Assembly (NCBI GenBank): GCA_039024635.1
Contig: JBCCQA010000017.1
Coordinates: 23,624 to 87,623, forward strand
Reading direction: 5' to 3'
DNA: 64,000 bases
Source of the DNA: Myxococcota bacterium
GTDB lineage: Bacteria > Myxococcota > Kuafuiibacteriia > Kuafuiibacteriales > Kuafuiibacteriaceae
The notes beneath the pieces were generated by a model. That model saw only the letters and a list, made by a program, of their open reading frames with translations, had not been told where the DNA came from and made no database searches. The translations under genes and the position numbers were made by a program. Each line of letters starts with the position of its first letter. Within the stretch, counting starts at the first letter, position 1. Below are positions 16,231-26,262 of the stretch, in pieces.

Positions 16231-19200
16231 CTAGCTTTCTCTTGGGTCAAGCTCTGGAGGAGGAGCGAAGCGAGCGACCAAGACATAGAACAGCGGGACG
16301 AAGACCATGTTGACGAGTGTGGAGAGTAGCATGCCGCCAAAGACAGCCGTTCCCAAGGATTGCCGACTGAACTTGGATGCGCCGTCCGCCAGGACCAAGG
16401 GTAGCACACCAAGTATGAACGCAAAGGAGGTCATCAGAATCGGCCGAAGGCGGATGGACGCCGCCGATACGGCGGCCGACAGCGGATCCAGCCCCTTCTC
16501 TCGTCGCTCTTGCTGGGCGAATTCGACAATCAGAATGGCGTTCTTGCTGGCCAGCCCAATGAGCATCAAGAGTCCAACCTGGCAAAAGACATCGTTCTGA
16601 AGTCCGCGCAGCCACTGAGCCCCCAGGGCTCCGAGCAGGGCCATGGGGACCGAGGTCAGGATGATGACGGGGAGGACGTAGCTCTCGTACTGGGCCGAAA
16701 GGACTAGGTAGACCAAGATAAGGCCGAATAAGAACAGGATCGTGGTCTGGTTTCCTGATTGGACCTCTTCCAACGCGAGCCCCGACCACGAGTAGTCGAA
16801 GCCCAAGGGAAGGTCGGAGGCCACACCGCTCATGGCCTCAATGGAGTCGCCAGAAGAGAAGCCTGGGGCAGGACTCCCAGTCAGAGTGGCCGACCGGAAC
16901 AAGTTGAAGTGCTTGATGATCTGCGGGGCGGCTCTCTCCTCCGTAGTGACAAGAGCCTCGAGTGGGATCATGCGTCCAGAACTGGAGCGGACATACAGGG
17001 TCTGGAGGCTATCCGGCTCGTCGCGGTATACGGGCTCAGCTTGGGCGTATACTCGGTAGGACCGCTGGGCGAGATCGAAGTCGTTGACGTAGGCCGAGCC
17101 CAACATGACCTGGATGGCCCCGAAGGCCTCGTCCACGGAGACCCCCAGAGATCGGGAGCGCTCCCGATCCAGCTGGATGTGGAGCTGAGGGTCACCGGAG
17201 CTGTAGGTCGTGAAGACAAGCCCAATCTGACTCTGCTCTCCTGCAGCTCCAATCAGTTCCTGCGCCGCTTCGTCCAGGGCTGTCGCACCTATCCCGGCCC
17301 TGTCTTGGAGCTCAAACGTGAAACCACCCAAGTTACCTACACCTCGAATCGGGGGAGGCTCGAAGGGAAGGACGATGGCGTCTGGAACCATCATCATGGG
17401 TCCGAAGACTCTTTGCACGACCGCCTTCGCCTCGTGCTCGGGACCAGGGCGTTCTTCGCGGGGAGTAAAGGTCGAGAAGATCGTGGCTCGATTCGAGGCT
17501 GTGCCTTCGAATGAGAAGCCCAGAATGGCGAACGTATTAGCCACATCCTCGTCTGCTTGAAGGATGTCTTCGACTTTCGCCATGATCCGGCTTGTCTCGT
17601 CGAGAGAAGTACCGGGAGGCGCTTGGATGACGGTGATGAAGTAGCCCTGGTCTTCGGCCGGGACGAAGCTGGCTGGAAGAAGGGTATTCAGGCCATAGGT
17701 CAGGCCGACCAGCCCCAGGAAAATGAGGATTGCGATGCTCTTCCCACGGCGAAGAACGGCTTTGAGCACGATCTCGAATCGGCGCGTACCGGCGTCCAGG
17801 ATCCGGTTGAAGAGCGCGAACGGCCCCCGCTGCGGAGGAGGCTGAACGTCCAATAGGAGGCCCGCAAGGGCCGGCGCGAGCGTCAGAGCGGTCAAGGAAG
17901 ACAATGCAATGGAGAAGGCAATGGTCAGCGCGAACTGCTGGTACATGACCCCCGTCGTTCCAGGAAAGAAGGCAACGGGCGCGAAGACTGCGATCAGAAC
18001 AAGGGATGTAGCGATGACCGCTCCGAACACTTCGGACGTGCCCGACAGAGCGGCCGCTCTCTTCTTCAGTCCTTGCTCCCGTGCGTGCCGCTCAATGTTC
18101 TCGATCACAACGATGGCGTCGTCGACAACGAGTCCTGTGGCCAGGGTTAGGCCGAAAAGAGTGAGTGTATTGATCGAGAAGCCGAAGGCGCCAACGAAGA
18201 TGAACGTCCCGACTAGCGAAACAGGGATGGTGACGGCGGGAATCAGTGTCGACTGCCATCGCTGAAGGAAGGCGAAGATCACGAGTATGACGAGTAGGAT
18301 CGTACCAACCAGCGTGTAGAGAACCTCCTCGATGCTCTCGCTCACGATCTCCGTCGGGTTGAAGGCGATGACGTACTCGAGACCCGGCGGAAACTGGACG
18401 CTGAGCTCTTCCAGCCTCTTCTTCACCGCTTGCTCGATCTCCAGTGCGTTCGAGTTTGGAAGCTGGAAGATTCCTAGCCCCACAGCCTCTCGGCGGTTGA
18501 AGCGCAAGGCCGAACTGTAGCTTTCAGCCCCAAGCTCGGCACGCCCAACATCCTCGAGCCGAACCAGGCCTCCTGCTTCGTCTGAGCGAAGCACCAGCTT
18601 CTCGAACTCTTCCGCTGAATCGAAACGACCGTTCACGCTCAGAGCGACCTGGAGGATCGTGGTGTCAGGGACGGGAGGCTGGCCGATTTGGCCGGCTGCG
18701 ACTTGGATGTTCTGTTCCTCCAAGGCCCGGACGATCTCGTTTGCGCTGAGTTGGTTGGCGGCAAGGCGGATTGGGTCCACCCAGATGCGCATGGCATACT
18801 TTCGTTCTCCAAAGATCCGAGCCTCGCCAACGCCCTTGATTCGCCTGAGTTCGTCTCGGATGTAGCGATCGACATAGTTGGAGATAAAGACGGAGTCATA
18901 CTCGTCGTTCTCAGCGTACATTCCGATGCCAAGGATGATGGCCTGGGTTGCTCGACGAACGTCCACGCCGATGGCTCGGACCTCTGGAGGGAGTCTTCCT
19001 TGAACAGAGGCGACCCTGTTCTGAACGTCCACCGACGCGATGTCCAAGTCTCGGGAGCGTTCGAAGGTGACAGTGATGGTGGAGACGCCATCGTTTGAGC
19101 TCGTCGACTCGACGTAGCGCATGCCCTCGACACCATTGATGGCCTCTTCCAAGACCGACGTGACCGTTGATTCGACGGTCTCACTCGTCGCTCCGGTGTA

Positions 19201-19344
19201 GACACTGGTGACGACGACTTGTGGAAGAGCTAGATCCGGATACCACTCAATCGGGAGAGTCCGAGATGTCGCCGCTCCGGCCAGGGTGATAACGATGGCG
19301 ACGACAGAGGCGAAGACCGGGCGACGGATAAAGAAGGCGTACAC
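16231..19344 (-). CDS. RND efflux transporter permease (AcrB/HAE-1 type)
   Basis: 1037 aa. MYAFFIRRPVFASVVAIVITLAG.. start, 12-TM architecture with two large periplasmic loops, conserved GLVVDDAIVVIENIER. Confidence 0.9.
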   Translation of the reverse strand: MYAFFIRRPVFASVVAIVITLAGAATSRTLPIEWYPDLALPQVVVTSVYTGATSETVESTVTSVLEEAINGVEGMRYVESTSSNDGVSTITVTFERSRDLDIASVDVQNRVASVQGRLPPEVRAIGVDVRRATQAIILGIGMYAENDEYDSVFISNYVDRYIRDELRRIKGVGEARIFGERKYAMRIWVDPIRLAANQLSANEIVRALEEQNIQVAAGQIGQPPVPDTTILQVALSVNGRFDSAEEFEKLVLRSDEAGGLVRLEDVGRAELGAESYSSALRFNRREAVGLGIFQLPNSNALEIEQAVKKRLEELSVQFPPGLEYVIAFNPTEIVSESIEEVLYTLVGTILLVILVIFAFLQRWQSTLIPAVTIPVSLVGTFIFVGAFGFSINTLTLFGLTLATGLVVDDAIVVIENIERHAREQGLKKRAAALSGTSEVFGAVIATSLVLIAVFAPVAFFPGTTGVMYQQFALTIAFSIALSSLTALTLAPALAGLLLDVQPPPQRGPFALFNRILDAGTRRFEIVLKAVLRRGKSIAILIFLGLVGLTYGLNTLLPASFVPAEDQGYFITVIQAPPGTSLDETSRIMAKVEDILQADEDVANTFAILGFSFEGTASNRATIFSTFTPREERPGPEHEAKAVVQRVFGPMMMVPDAIVLPFEPPPIRGVGNLGGFTFELQDRAGIGATALDEAAQELIGAAGEQSQIGLVFTTYSSGDPQLHIQLDRERSRSLGVSVDEAFGAIQVMLGSAYVNDFDLAQRSYRVYAQAEPVYRDEPDSLQTLYVRSSSGRMIPLEALVTTEERAAPQIIKHFNLFRSATLTGSPAPGFSSGDSIEAMSGVASDLPLGFDYSWSGLALEEVQSGNQTTILFLFGLILVYLVLSAQYESYVLPVIILTSVPMALLGALGAQWLRGLQNDVFCQVGLLMLIGLASKNAILIVEFAQQERREKGLDPLSAAVSAASIRLRPILMTSFAFILGVLPLVLADGASKFSRQSLGTAVFGGMLLSTLVNMVFVPLFYVLVARFAPPPELDPRES

Positions 19345-19353
19345 GCTAGGACC

Positions 19354-20613
19354 TCAGTTGCCACCGCCGACTTCGGCGTCCTCTGCCGACTTGTCGGTAG
19401 GTGACGACTCTGATCCCTGCGATTGTGTTTCGGCAGGAAGTGGCGTGATGGGCCGGCCATCGGCGAGGCGCTGAATGCCTTTGAGCACAATCTTGTCACC
19501 GACCGCAACGCCATCCTCGACGAGGTACCTACCGTCCTGGAGAGGTCCGAGCCTAACCGGGACTTGCGCTACCGTCGGGGGCTGACCGTCTTTGACCTTG
19601 AAGATGAACGGCTGAGTGTTGAGCCGGAGTACGGCTGTGGCAGGGATTGCAGGTCCTGTGGTTCGATCCCAGATGACGACCGCGCGTACGAACTGGCCGA
19701 CGACAACGTTGTCCTCTTCGGGGATGTTGGCTTTGACGAGGATTGTTTGGGTGATTGGATCGACGGAGGGTGAAATGAAGTCGATGATCAGGGTGTCAAG
19801 CAGTTCGTTCTTGGAGCTTCGCGCTTCGACTTCCAACCCAGGTCGAAGGCGAGGGAGTTGTTCGACGGGGACCTGGATCAGGAGCTCGCGGGTCGTGGCG
19901 CCCTCGATGGTCGTCAAGAGAGTTGAGGGATCGACGAGGTCGCCGACACGGACCGGTATATCGCCCAACGTACCTTCGATGCCGGCCGCAACGTTATAGT
20001 AGTCCAGTTCGGCTTCGCCTTCATCGACCTGTGAACTGGAACGCTGAACGGAAGAGCGTATGCCCCGGATCGCAGCCTCTTGGGCTTGGATCTGAGCGTC
20101 GATAGCCTGAAGACGTGCTTCCGAGGATCCGAGAGTAGCAGTGGCCCGGTCGAACTCTTCTCTACTTGCGTTGTCGGCTGCGAAGAGCTCTCGAATTCGA
20201 TCTCGCTGCTTGCGGTTGTAGTTGACGTCCGTCGCCTGGGCCTGGCGCTCGGCCCGTAGACCCGCCAAGTCGGCCCGCGCTCTCTGGAGGGATGCGTTGG
20301 CTTCCGCCGTCGCCGCCATGGCCTGGTTGACCGCCGCCCGCTGTCGGGACTGGTCGATACGCATCAGAACTTGTCCGGCATCTACACGTTGGCCCGACCG
20401 GACCCGGATTTGTGTGATCCGACCTGTGACCTGGGGACGGATGTCGGCTGAGTCCCTGGACCGTACTGTGGCCACGTATTCCGAACCGTTCACGATCTCC
20501 TCTGCTGGTACGGGCCCGGTTTCCGCCGGGGGAGGTGGCATTTGGCCCGGGCCGGAGCCCGATGAGCACGCAAGCAGTATGCCCGGCAGTGCGGCGAGTT
20601 GATGAGTCTTCAT
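19354..20613 (-). CDS. RND efflux periplasmic adaptor (membrane fusion protein)
   Basis: 419 aa. Lipoprotein-like N-terminus (ILLACSSG), RPQVTGRITQIRVRSGQRVDAGQVLMRID lipoyl-like motif, coiled-coil hairpin, beta-barrel region. Confidence 0.85.
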   Translation of the reverse strand: MKTHQLAALPGILLACSSGSGPGQMPPPPAETGPVPAEEIVNGSEYVATVRSRDSADIRPQVTGRITQIRVRSGQRVDAGQVLMRIDQSRQRAAVNQAMAATAEANASLQRARADLAGLRAERQAQATDVNYNRKQRDRIRELFAADNASREEFDRATATLGSSEARLQAIDAQIQAQEAAIRGIRSSVQRSSSQVDEGEAELDYYNVAAGIEGTLGDIPVRVGDLVDPSTLLTTIEGATTRELLIQVPVEQLPRLRPGLEVEARSSKNELLDTLIIDFISPSVDPITQTILVKANIPEEDNVVVGQFVRAVVIWDRTTGPAIPATAVLRLNTQPFIFKVKDGQPPTVAQVPVRLGPLQDGRYLVEDGVAVGDKIVLKGIQRLADGRPITPLPAETQSQGSESSPTDKSAEDAEVGGGN

Positions 20614-22937
20614 GGTTGGGTCTCCAATCCTCTGTCGGCCTCGAATGCGCGAAGGCTCTCAAAGAACTGCTCGTTCGAGTAAGGCTCAGGTCCGAACGAA
20701 AAATGTGAAAGGGCCCGCTCCACCTCGACAAAGTCGATCAGGAAATCGTAGCGCGCGTCGGTCGCATCTAGCCTCGTTGTGAGGTACTGGATCTGGGCGT
20801 CGACGAGGCGGATGATATCGACCTGACCAGTTCTGTAGGCGTCCCGAACCAGGTCGAGGGTATCTTCGGCCGCTCGAGCAGCTTCGGCGCTTAGACGAAC
20901 GCCAGGCCGAGAAGCGCCCGCGGCGTGTAGGGCGGAACGAACCCGGCCTGCCACGCTGAGCTCGACCTCGCGCTGGGCGGCCACCGCACTCGCAACTCGG
21001 GCTTTACTCTGGTCAATGGCGACGTAGCGAGAGAGTCCTTCGAAAAGAGGGAGCTCGGCCGTAGCTCCAAGGGCCCAATCGTACTGGTCAGGTATGACGA
21101 ACCCCACGCCGTCCGGTGCCGATGCCGAGCCTTCCCCGTCCGCAGCAAACCGGTGAGTCATCGAAGCGTTGAGGTCGAAGCGAGGGATAATGAGGGACTG
21201 GATCCGACCCTTGACGTCCCGTTCGGCGGCTTTCACGCTCCACTCAATGGCTTTCATCTCCGGTGAGAAGCGAATGGCCTCTCTTTCGGCAAACTCGCGA
21301 AACACTTTGAAGGTGACGGGGTCGTCTAGGCGACTTTGAAGGCGACGATCTAGCCCGAGGAGGCTCTCTTCTTGCTCGGAGGCCGGTCGAAAAGATCTCT
21401 CGGGCTTCTCGTTGACGAAGATGTTGAAGGCGATCTCGGCCTGGTTACGGTTCGCAACAGCTTCGATGACTGCCCGCTTGCCTTGGGCGACCTCGACCTC
21501 GAAGCGAGAAACCTCGTCCCGGCTGGCGGCGCCGATGCGCTTTCGGACCCGGGCCAAAGAAAGATTGAGTCGGAGGCGGCCCAAGTTCTCTCGTTGGATG
21601 TTTTCAGCTGCGACGGCTCGTAGGACCTCCAAGAAGAGGACAGCGGCCCGTGCTTGGACGTCTAGGCTTGCCGCTTCGAACTCCGCCTCTCGGGCCTGTT
21701 GCTGCTGCTGCTCGGTCTTGAAGATGCGCCATGCGTCGGCCGAGAAGACCGATTGGCGAGCTTGGCCCGCCCAAGAGAGCTGTCTTTCGGCGGGAGGGAA
21801 GGGCCCGGCTCCCCGATCTTCGTCGATCCAGTCCGCCGATAGGGAAGCGGACAGGGCCGGAAGCAGGGACCCTCGGGACCGAAGGACGCCCTGACGGTTG
21901 GCCTCGAGCTCCTGCCGCGCGGCTTCGAGGCCCGGATTGCTTGCGATGGCTTGGGATGAGGCTTCACCCAAGCGAACCACGGGATCGTCCGCGTCCTCCT
22001 GAGATTCCAGTGTCGTGGCTTCGCTGAGAATCTCGAAGGGAATCGACGTTCCTAGTTCTCTTGCTACGTCAACGTTGATGGCGAGCTGCTGCGGTATTGG
22101 GGCGAATCCGCGCAGTTCCTCTTCCTGAACGATCGCCTGGATCTCGAGTGCTACTCGACGGGCTCGCAGACGGGTGATGTCTTGGGGCAGCGCGGTGAGC
22201 AGGGCACCTTGCTCAACGCCTGCGTAGAGAACTGCGTCCATGGTCGGCACACCGGCCGCTGCAGCGGCTTGGAAGGCTTGTGTACGGTCTAGGTCGGTCG
22301 GGCGTAGGACGAGACTCCAGATCAAACCATCCAGATCGTTCAGCGGTCCGGTGTTCGCGTTGGGATCCACCGCGACCGGGACCAGAGTGAGACCAAGGTC
22401 CTCCTGAGCCTTGGACAGGAAGGGCTGCCATCCGACTAAAGCACCAAGGGCGTATGTGTCGACCGCCACACCGAGTCGGCGGATCTGACTCCTGCCGGAC
22501 ACCTCAATGAACAGAGGTACGTCCCTTGATAGCTCCGCCAGCGAAGCCAAGGTGACTGCCCCTTCGACATCGCTTGGCGCGAGCGTCAACGCGGAGACTA
22601 CGTGTGGACTCGGGAGCCGGGAGGCGCGCTCGGAGGCTACAGGCCCCAATGCCAGGAGGACATTCGGCGAATGGCCAAGGGCGCGCTGCAGGGCCTGCTC
22701 GACGGACTTCGCGGTCCAAGCCCCCATCTCACTCTCAACTTGAAAGCGAGCGTCCAAGGCTTCGAGTTCGGACACGAGCGCTCTAGTCATGTCGTCGACG
22801 ATTGGCGAAGGGCCATCGGCTACGACCGCTACTGTCCAGGCGGGCGAACTCGATTGGTTTGAGATGTCCTGCGCGAGGACGAGGCTTGCCCCTGCGCCCA
22901 GGATGAATAGCGATGTCGCAACTTCAAAGGACTTCAT
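20610..22937 (-). CDS. TolC-like outer membrane factor with about 330-aa N-terminal periplasmic-binding-protein-like extension
   Basis: ORF 20610..23024. ATG 22937 gives MKSFEVATSLFILGAGASLVLAQD (signal peptide). The C-terminal about 440 aa has the duplicated OEP/TolC pattern. The N-terminal domain ends PQQLAINVDVARELGTSIPFEILSEAT, like the C-terminus of ABC_sub_bind-type binding proteins. The stop overlaps the MFP ATG (ATGA). Confidence 0.7.
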   Translation of the reverse strand: MKSFEVATSLFILGAGASLVLAQDISNQSSSPAWTVAVVADGPSPIVDDMTRALVSELEALDARFQVESEMGAWTAKSVEQALQRALGHSPNVLLALGPVASERASRLPSPHVVSALTLAPSDVEGAVTLASLAELSRDVPLFIEVSGRSQIRRLGVAVDTYALGALVGWQPFLSKAQEDLGLTLVPVAVDPNANTGPLNDLDGLIWSLVLRPTDLDRTQAFQAAAAAGVPTMDAVLYAGVEQGALLTALPQDITRLRARRVALEIQAIVQEEELRGFAPIPQQLAINVDVARELGTSIPFEILSEATTLESQEDADDPVVRLGEASSQAIASNPGLEAARQELEANRQGVLRSRGSLLPALSASLSADWIDEDRGAGPFPPAERQLSWAGQARQSVFSADAWRIFKTEQQQQQAREAEFEAASLDVQARAAVLFLEVLRAVAAENIQRENLGRLRLNLSLARVRKRIGAASRDEVSRFEVEVAQGKRAVIEAVANRNQAEIAFNIFVNEKPERSFRPASEQEESLLGLDRRLQSRLDDPVTFKVFREFAEREAIRFSPEMKAIEWSVKAAERDVKGRIQSLIIPRFDLNASMTHRFAADGEGSASAPDGVGFVIPDQYDWALGATAELPLFEGLSRYVAIDQSKARVASAVAAQREVELSVAGRVRSALHAAGASRPGVRLSAEAARAAEDTLDLVRDAYRTGQVDIIRLVDAQIQYLTTRLDATDARYDFLIDFVEVERALSHFSFGPEPYSNEQFFESLRAFEADRGLETQP

Positions 22938-23430
22938 ATGCGGGTGAGAGGGCGGGTCGCCAAGCTCATCGAAAATGACGGAAATCACGGCGGCACACCG
23001 CGAGCCTTTCGCAATCGAGTTCAATTATTGTGTCTTCGTGCGCCACCAGTGGCTTGTTCAGACGTGGAAGAGAAAAAAGCCGCGTCCTGGCACTTCAAGA
23101 CCGTCCGGCCCGACGACAGGCCCCGTCCAAGGGTATTCGAGGTTCATCAAGTGATCTGGCCGACTGTTCGAAGTCTGTCGGGTCGATCCAGCGGAGGCGG
23201 CACCGAGACCTCTCAGCGTCTGGGTCAGTAGGTGGAACTGAGCGAGCAGGATTTCCCGGACACCGAGGATCTTGGGTCCCAGGTTGGCGAAGCGGTCTTG
23301 GACCAACTTCCAGCAGAGGCCACGTGCTCGCGCCAACGCACGGCGATTCGTTCGAACCGTCCGGCAGGCGCAAGATTATACATCGCTTTCGTAAGCGCAA
23401 GTCTCAGCTCGGCCGACGATACTACGAGAC

Positions 23431-24258
23431 ATGGAGTCGATCGGCCCGGTTTCCAGCGAGGAGGCTCAACCTGGGACTGCGCCACCACAGTCGCGCCTGC
23501 AACCTGTCGATGTCAGTTGCCGAGACTTCAAAGCGGGCGACGTCTGGCAAGTAGCAGCGCCCACGCAAGTCGTAGCCGTTCTATTGAAGGGCTCAGCAAG
23601 AATTGAAGAGTCAAAGCATGACCATCGGGTCCATCTAAGGAAGGGCGCTCTCTATTTCAGCGCAGTAGGCTCGAGCACGATTTGGTGCTTCGACCAACCA
23701 AGCCGGTTGATACGCATTCAGGGGCGTTTCCGCTCGACGCCCGCTTTGGGACCATCGAGAGCTCTTCGTGACCCTCTAGCGGCCCTTACCGCGGGGCTGC
23801 TTGAGGATGCTATGGATCCTGGTCGCCAGTTTGAGTGGCCGGCAGCCGTTGACGGTATGTGTTTGACGATTCTTAGCTCACTGCTTCTTCGGTCTCGAGC
23901 AAGGTCTCCGAGCTCCGTACGACCTCTAGCGCCCGAAGTCTTGGAGAGAGTCACCCTCTACATCTCGAAGAACCTCGGTTCTCGCCTGACTGTCCGAGGG
24001 CTGGCTTCCATCGCTCGCTTCTCGCCAAGTCACTTTTCAAGAGCATTCAAGGCGGGCACAGGCCTGTCGCCTCATCGGTTCATCATCGAACAGCGCGTAG
24101 AACGGGCCAAAGCTCTTCTGAAGGACAGCTCGATCCCATTGGTCGATGTGGCGTACTCGGCTGGTTTCGCATCTCAGAGCCATATGACGCAGCTCTTTCG
24201 AAAGCACGTTGGTGTCGCACCGGGTCAGTGGCAGGCTGCCATCGTCAACAGGCCTTAG
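23431..24258 (+). CDS. AraC family transcriptional regulator (cupin-like N-terminus)
   Basis: C-terminal HTH LASIARFSPSHFSRAFKAGTGLSPHRF..AGFASQSHMTQLFRKHVGVAPGQW. Divergent from the efflux operon. Confidence 0.85.
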   Translation: MESIGPVSSEEAQPGTAPPQSRLQPVDVSCRDFKAGDVWQVAAPTQVVAVLLKGSARIEESKHDHRVHLRKGALYFSAVGSSTIWCFDQPSRLIRIQGRFRSTPALGPSRALRDPLAALTAGLLEDAMDPGRQFEWPAAVDGMCLTILSSLLLRSRARSPSSVRPLAPEVLERVTLYISKNLGSRLTVRGLASIARFSPSHFSRAFKAGTGLSPHRFIIEQRVERAKALLKDSSIPLVDVAYSAGFASQSHMTQLFRKHVGVAPGQWQAAIVNRP

Positions 24259-24359
24259 CCAACCGTGTAAGCCGTTGAGACATGGGTGGGATACTCGTCT
24301 AGAGCTGTCACGTGCACAGGGCTGCTCGTTCCGCAGAGCCAAGAGCAAGTACACTTGCT

Positions 24360-25316
24360 TTAGGGCTGCAGGTTGCGAAGAAACGCTCCGGGCGTGATGC
24401 CGATGGTCCGCTTGAAGTGCCTTGTGAGATGGCTCTGGTCATAGAAGCCGCACTCTGCGGCAACGAAGGGAAGCGAAGCCTGGTCCTTGAGCCGAATCAA
24501 CAGCTCTGCAGCCCGTTCAACTCGAAGAGACAGAAAGTAACTCCACGGAGCTTGGCCCATCGTCGCTTTGAAGCTCCTAGCGAGCTCGAATCGTCCTATC
24601 CCTGCAGCGGCGGCCAAATCGTCAAGACCGATCGGTCGACTTAGGTGCGCTTGCATGTAGTCGAAAAGCCGTCCCAGAGCCCTGGGGCGGAGGCCTCGGG
24701 ATCGGTTAGGAAAGCTCGTCCTGCACCCGGAGCGACGCAGCAGACACCTCACCAGGGAGTGGACCAGATGGTCCTGGTACAGAGCTCCACAAGGAGCCCC
24801 ATGCAGCGACTCGTGAAGAAGACGCCGTAGGAGCAAGAACGCCCACGGATCCATGAAGGCGGATGCGTGGAGGGGCCCCAAGTCGGTCGAAGAGTCGCCC
24901 GTCAGCTCTTCTCGAACGCTCGATACCAGGGCTTCGGGCAAAACCGCCAGGCCGATCAGGGGAGGAGATTCCGCCTGAAAGTGGGCATACGTATCTGCCG
25001 GAGAAAGGGTCATGGCGCCCACGAGTCTCGGAAGCTCGAAGACGCCAGCGCCATAGTCGACCTGGCACGCCTCTCTGGGGCCTAGAGGGTCTCCGCTGTC
25101 CAGAAATGCGCCGACTACCAAGTAGTCTGACGCAGGGTCCGGAAGGGCCCTTCGGACATGGGCCCGGCCGATTGTCGTACCGGTGGTGCCGGCTGAAGCA
25201 ACGAGCACCCTCGCGACATCTTCACCCGCCCGTCGAACATGCTGCCAGAAGGGGACCACTGGAGGATTTTCGAGTGCGTCGTCCACTTGATACGACCCTG
25301 CCAGAATAATGGCCAT
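24360..25316 (-). CDS. AraC family transcriptional regulator
   Basis: 318 aa. LAAAAGIGRFELARSFKATMGQAPWSY..CGFYDQSHLTRHFKRTIGITPGAF. Confidence 0.85.
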   Translation of the reverse strand: MAIILAGSYQVDDALENPPVVPFWQHVRRAGEDVARVLVASAGTTGTTIGRAHVRRALPDPASDYLVVGAFLDSGDPLGPREACQVDYGAGVFELPRLVGAMTLSPADTYAHFQAESPPLIGLAVLPEALVSSVREELTGDSSTDLGPLHASAFMDPWAFLLLRRLLHESLHGAPCGALYQDHLVHSLVRCLLRRSGCRTSFPNRSRGLRPRALGRLFDYMQAHLSRPIGLDDLAAAAGIGRFELARSFKATMGQAPWSYFLSLRVERAAELLIRLKDQASLPFVAAECGFYDQSHLTRHFKRTIGITPGAFLRNLQP

Positions 25317-25452
25317 GCCTCCGCGATTGTCCAGGCTCTGATCCGCGTTTCAGGAATACTGCTTCGAGGGAGGCAGCTTTCAAAAGCAGCAATGAGCCAT
25401 CGAATGGCCGGCATCTGAAGGCGACTCGAGTCTTCAGACGTAGCCTCATCTC

Positions 25453-26190
25453 ATGTCGATCCCCATAGCCTACGAGTCACCCGTAGGTCGGGACGCCGCA
25501 GTCCATGGCCGACCAATCGTGGAAGCACTGACCAATCATCGATTGGAGCGACTCCACATTCACTCCAGGAAGGAGATCTTGCTCGTCGGACGTTCGTCCC
25601 AGGTCCGCCTGGCAACGCCACGAGGCCAGAAAGATGGTGGGAGCCCGCGAACGCTCCTGTTTCGTCCGGGAACTCGACACGTTCTGCGAGGTATCCAGAG
25701 CACGGTTGTTCGAAGGCTTCACAGATGCCGTGGACTGGTCTTCTTTCGGCGAGAAGGTTGCCATGCTTGGGGTTACTAGCACGTCTAGTCTCTACGGCGA
25801 GAGCTTGGTCTCAACACCCGATGAAGCACCCATGTCCGCTGGGGCTATGAGCTCTTGCGGCGCACTCGACATGCTCGCCTGCAAGCGGAGGCAGCCGTCT
25901 TGGCTGGCAGCCTCGAGAAGCGAATGGGCTTGGCCGAGCACGCGAGCACTAGTGGTCTGAGCAAGTATTACGTCTGCCCAGGTTCAAGGACGAGATGGAT
26001 GTACCCCCTGGCGGATTTCACAGCGATATCCGGCTCGAAGAGGGCCACCGTCGAGTCTCGTTGGGTCAAGCGGGGATCGAATTGCGCAGAAGCTCGCCTT
26101 TTTGGATCAGAGCCACTTCATCCGCTCTTTCGATGGAGTCTTCGGAGTGACCCCTAGCAGGTTATCGCGAACTCGCAGTCCCTACGCCTG
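25453..26190 (+). pseudogene. AraC-family regulator pseudogene with multiple frameshifts
   Basis: The AraC C-terminal signature is split across frames: LAEHASTSGLSKYYVCP (frame of 25855), RFKDEMDVPPGGFHSDIRLEE (my translation of another frame), LDQSHFIRSFDGVFGVTPSRL (frame of 26102). No single frame is open across the region. Confidence 0.55.
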
Positions 26191-26262
26191 GCGTGATTGG
26201 GATACTCGATGCTCCTCCGAGGGTAGAACGAGCAAGAGTTTGGCAGTACTCCTGACTAAAGA

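Noticed and set aside
21690-21715. CTG/CAG trinucleotide run (gctgctgctgctgct) in the TolC-like gene.
   Set aside because: It encodes a short in-frame QQQQQ stretch within a coiled-coil segment. It is too short to argue for instability.
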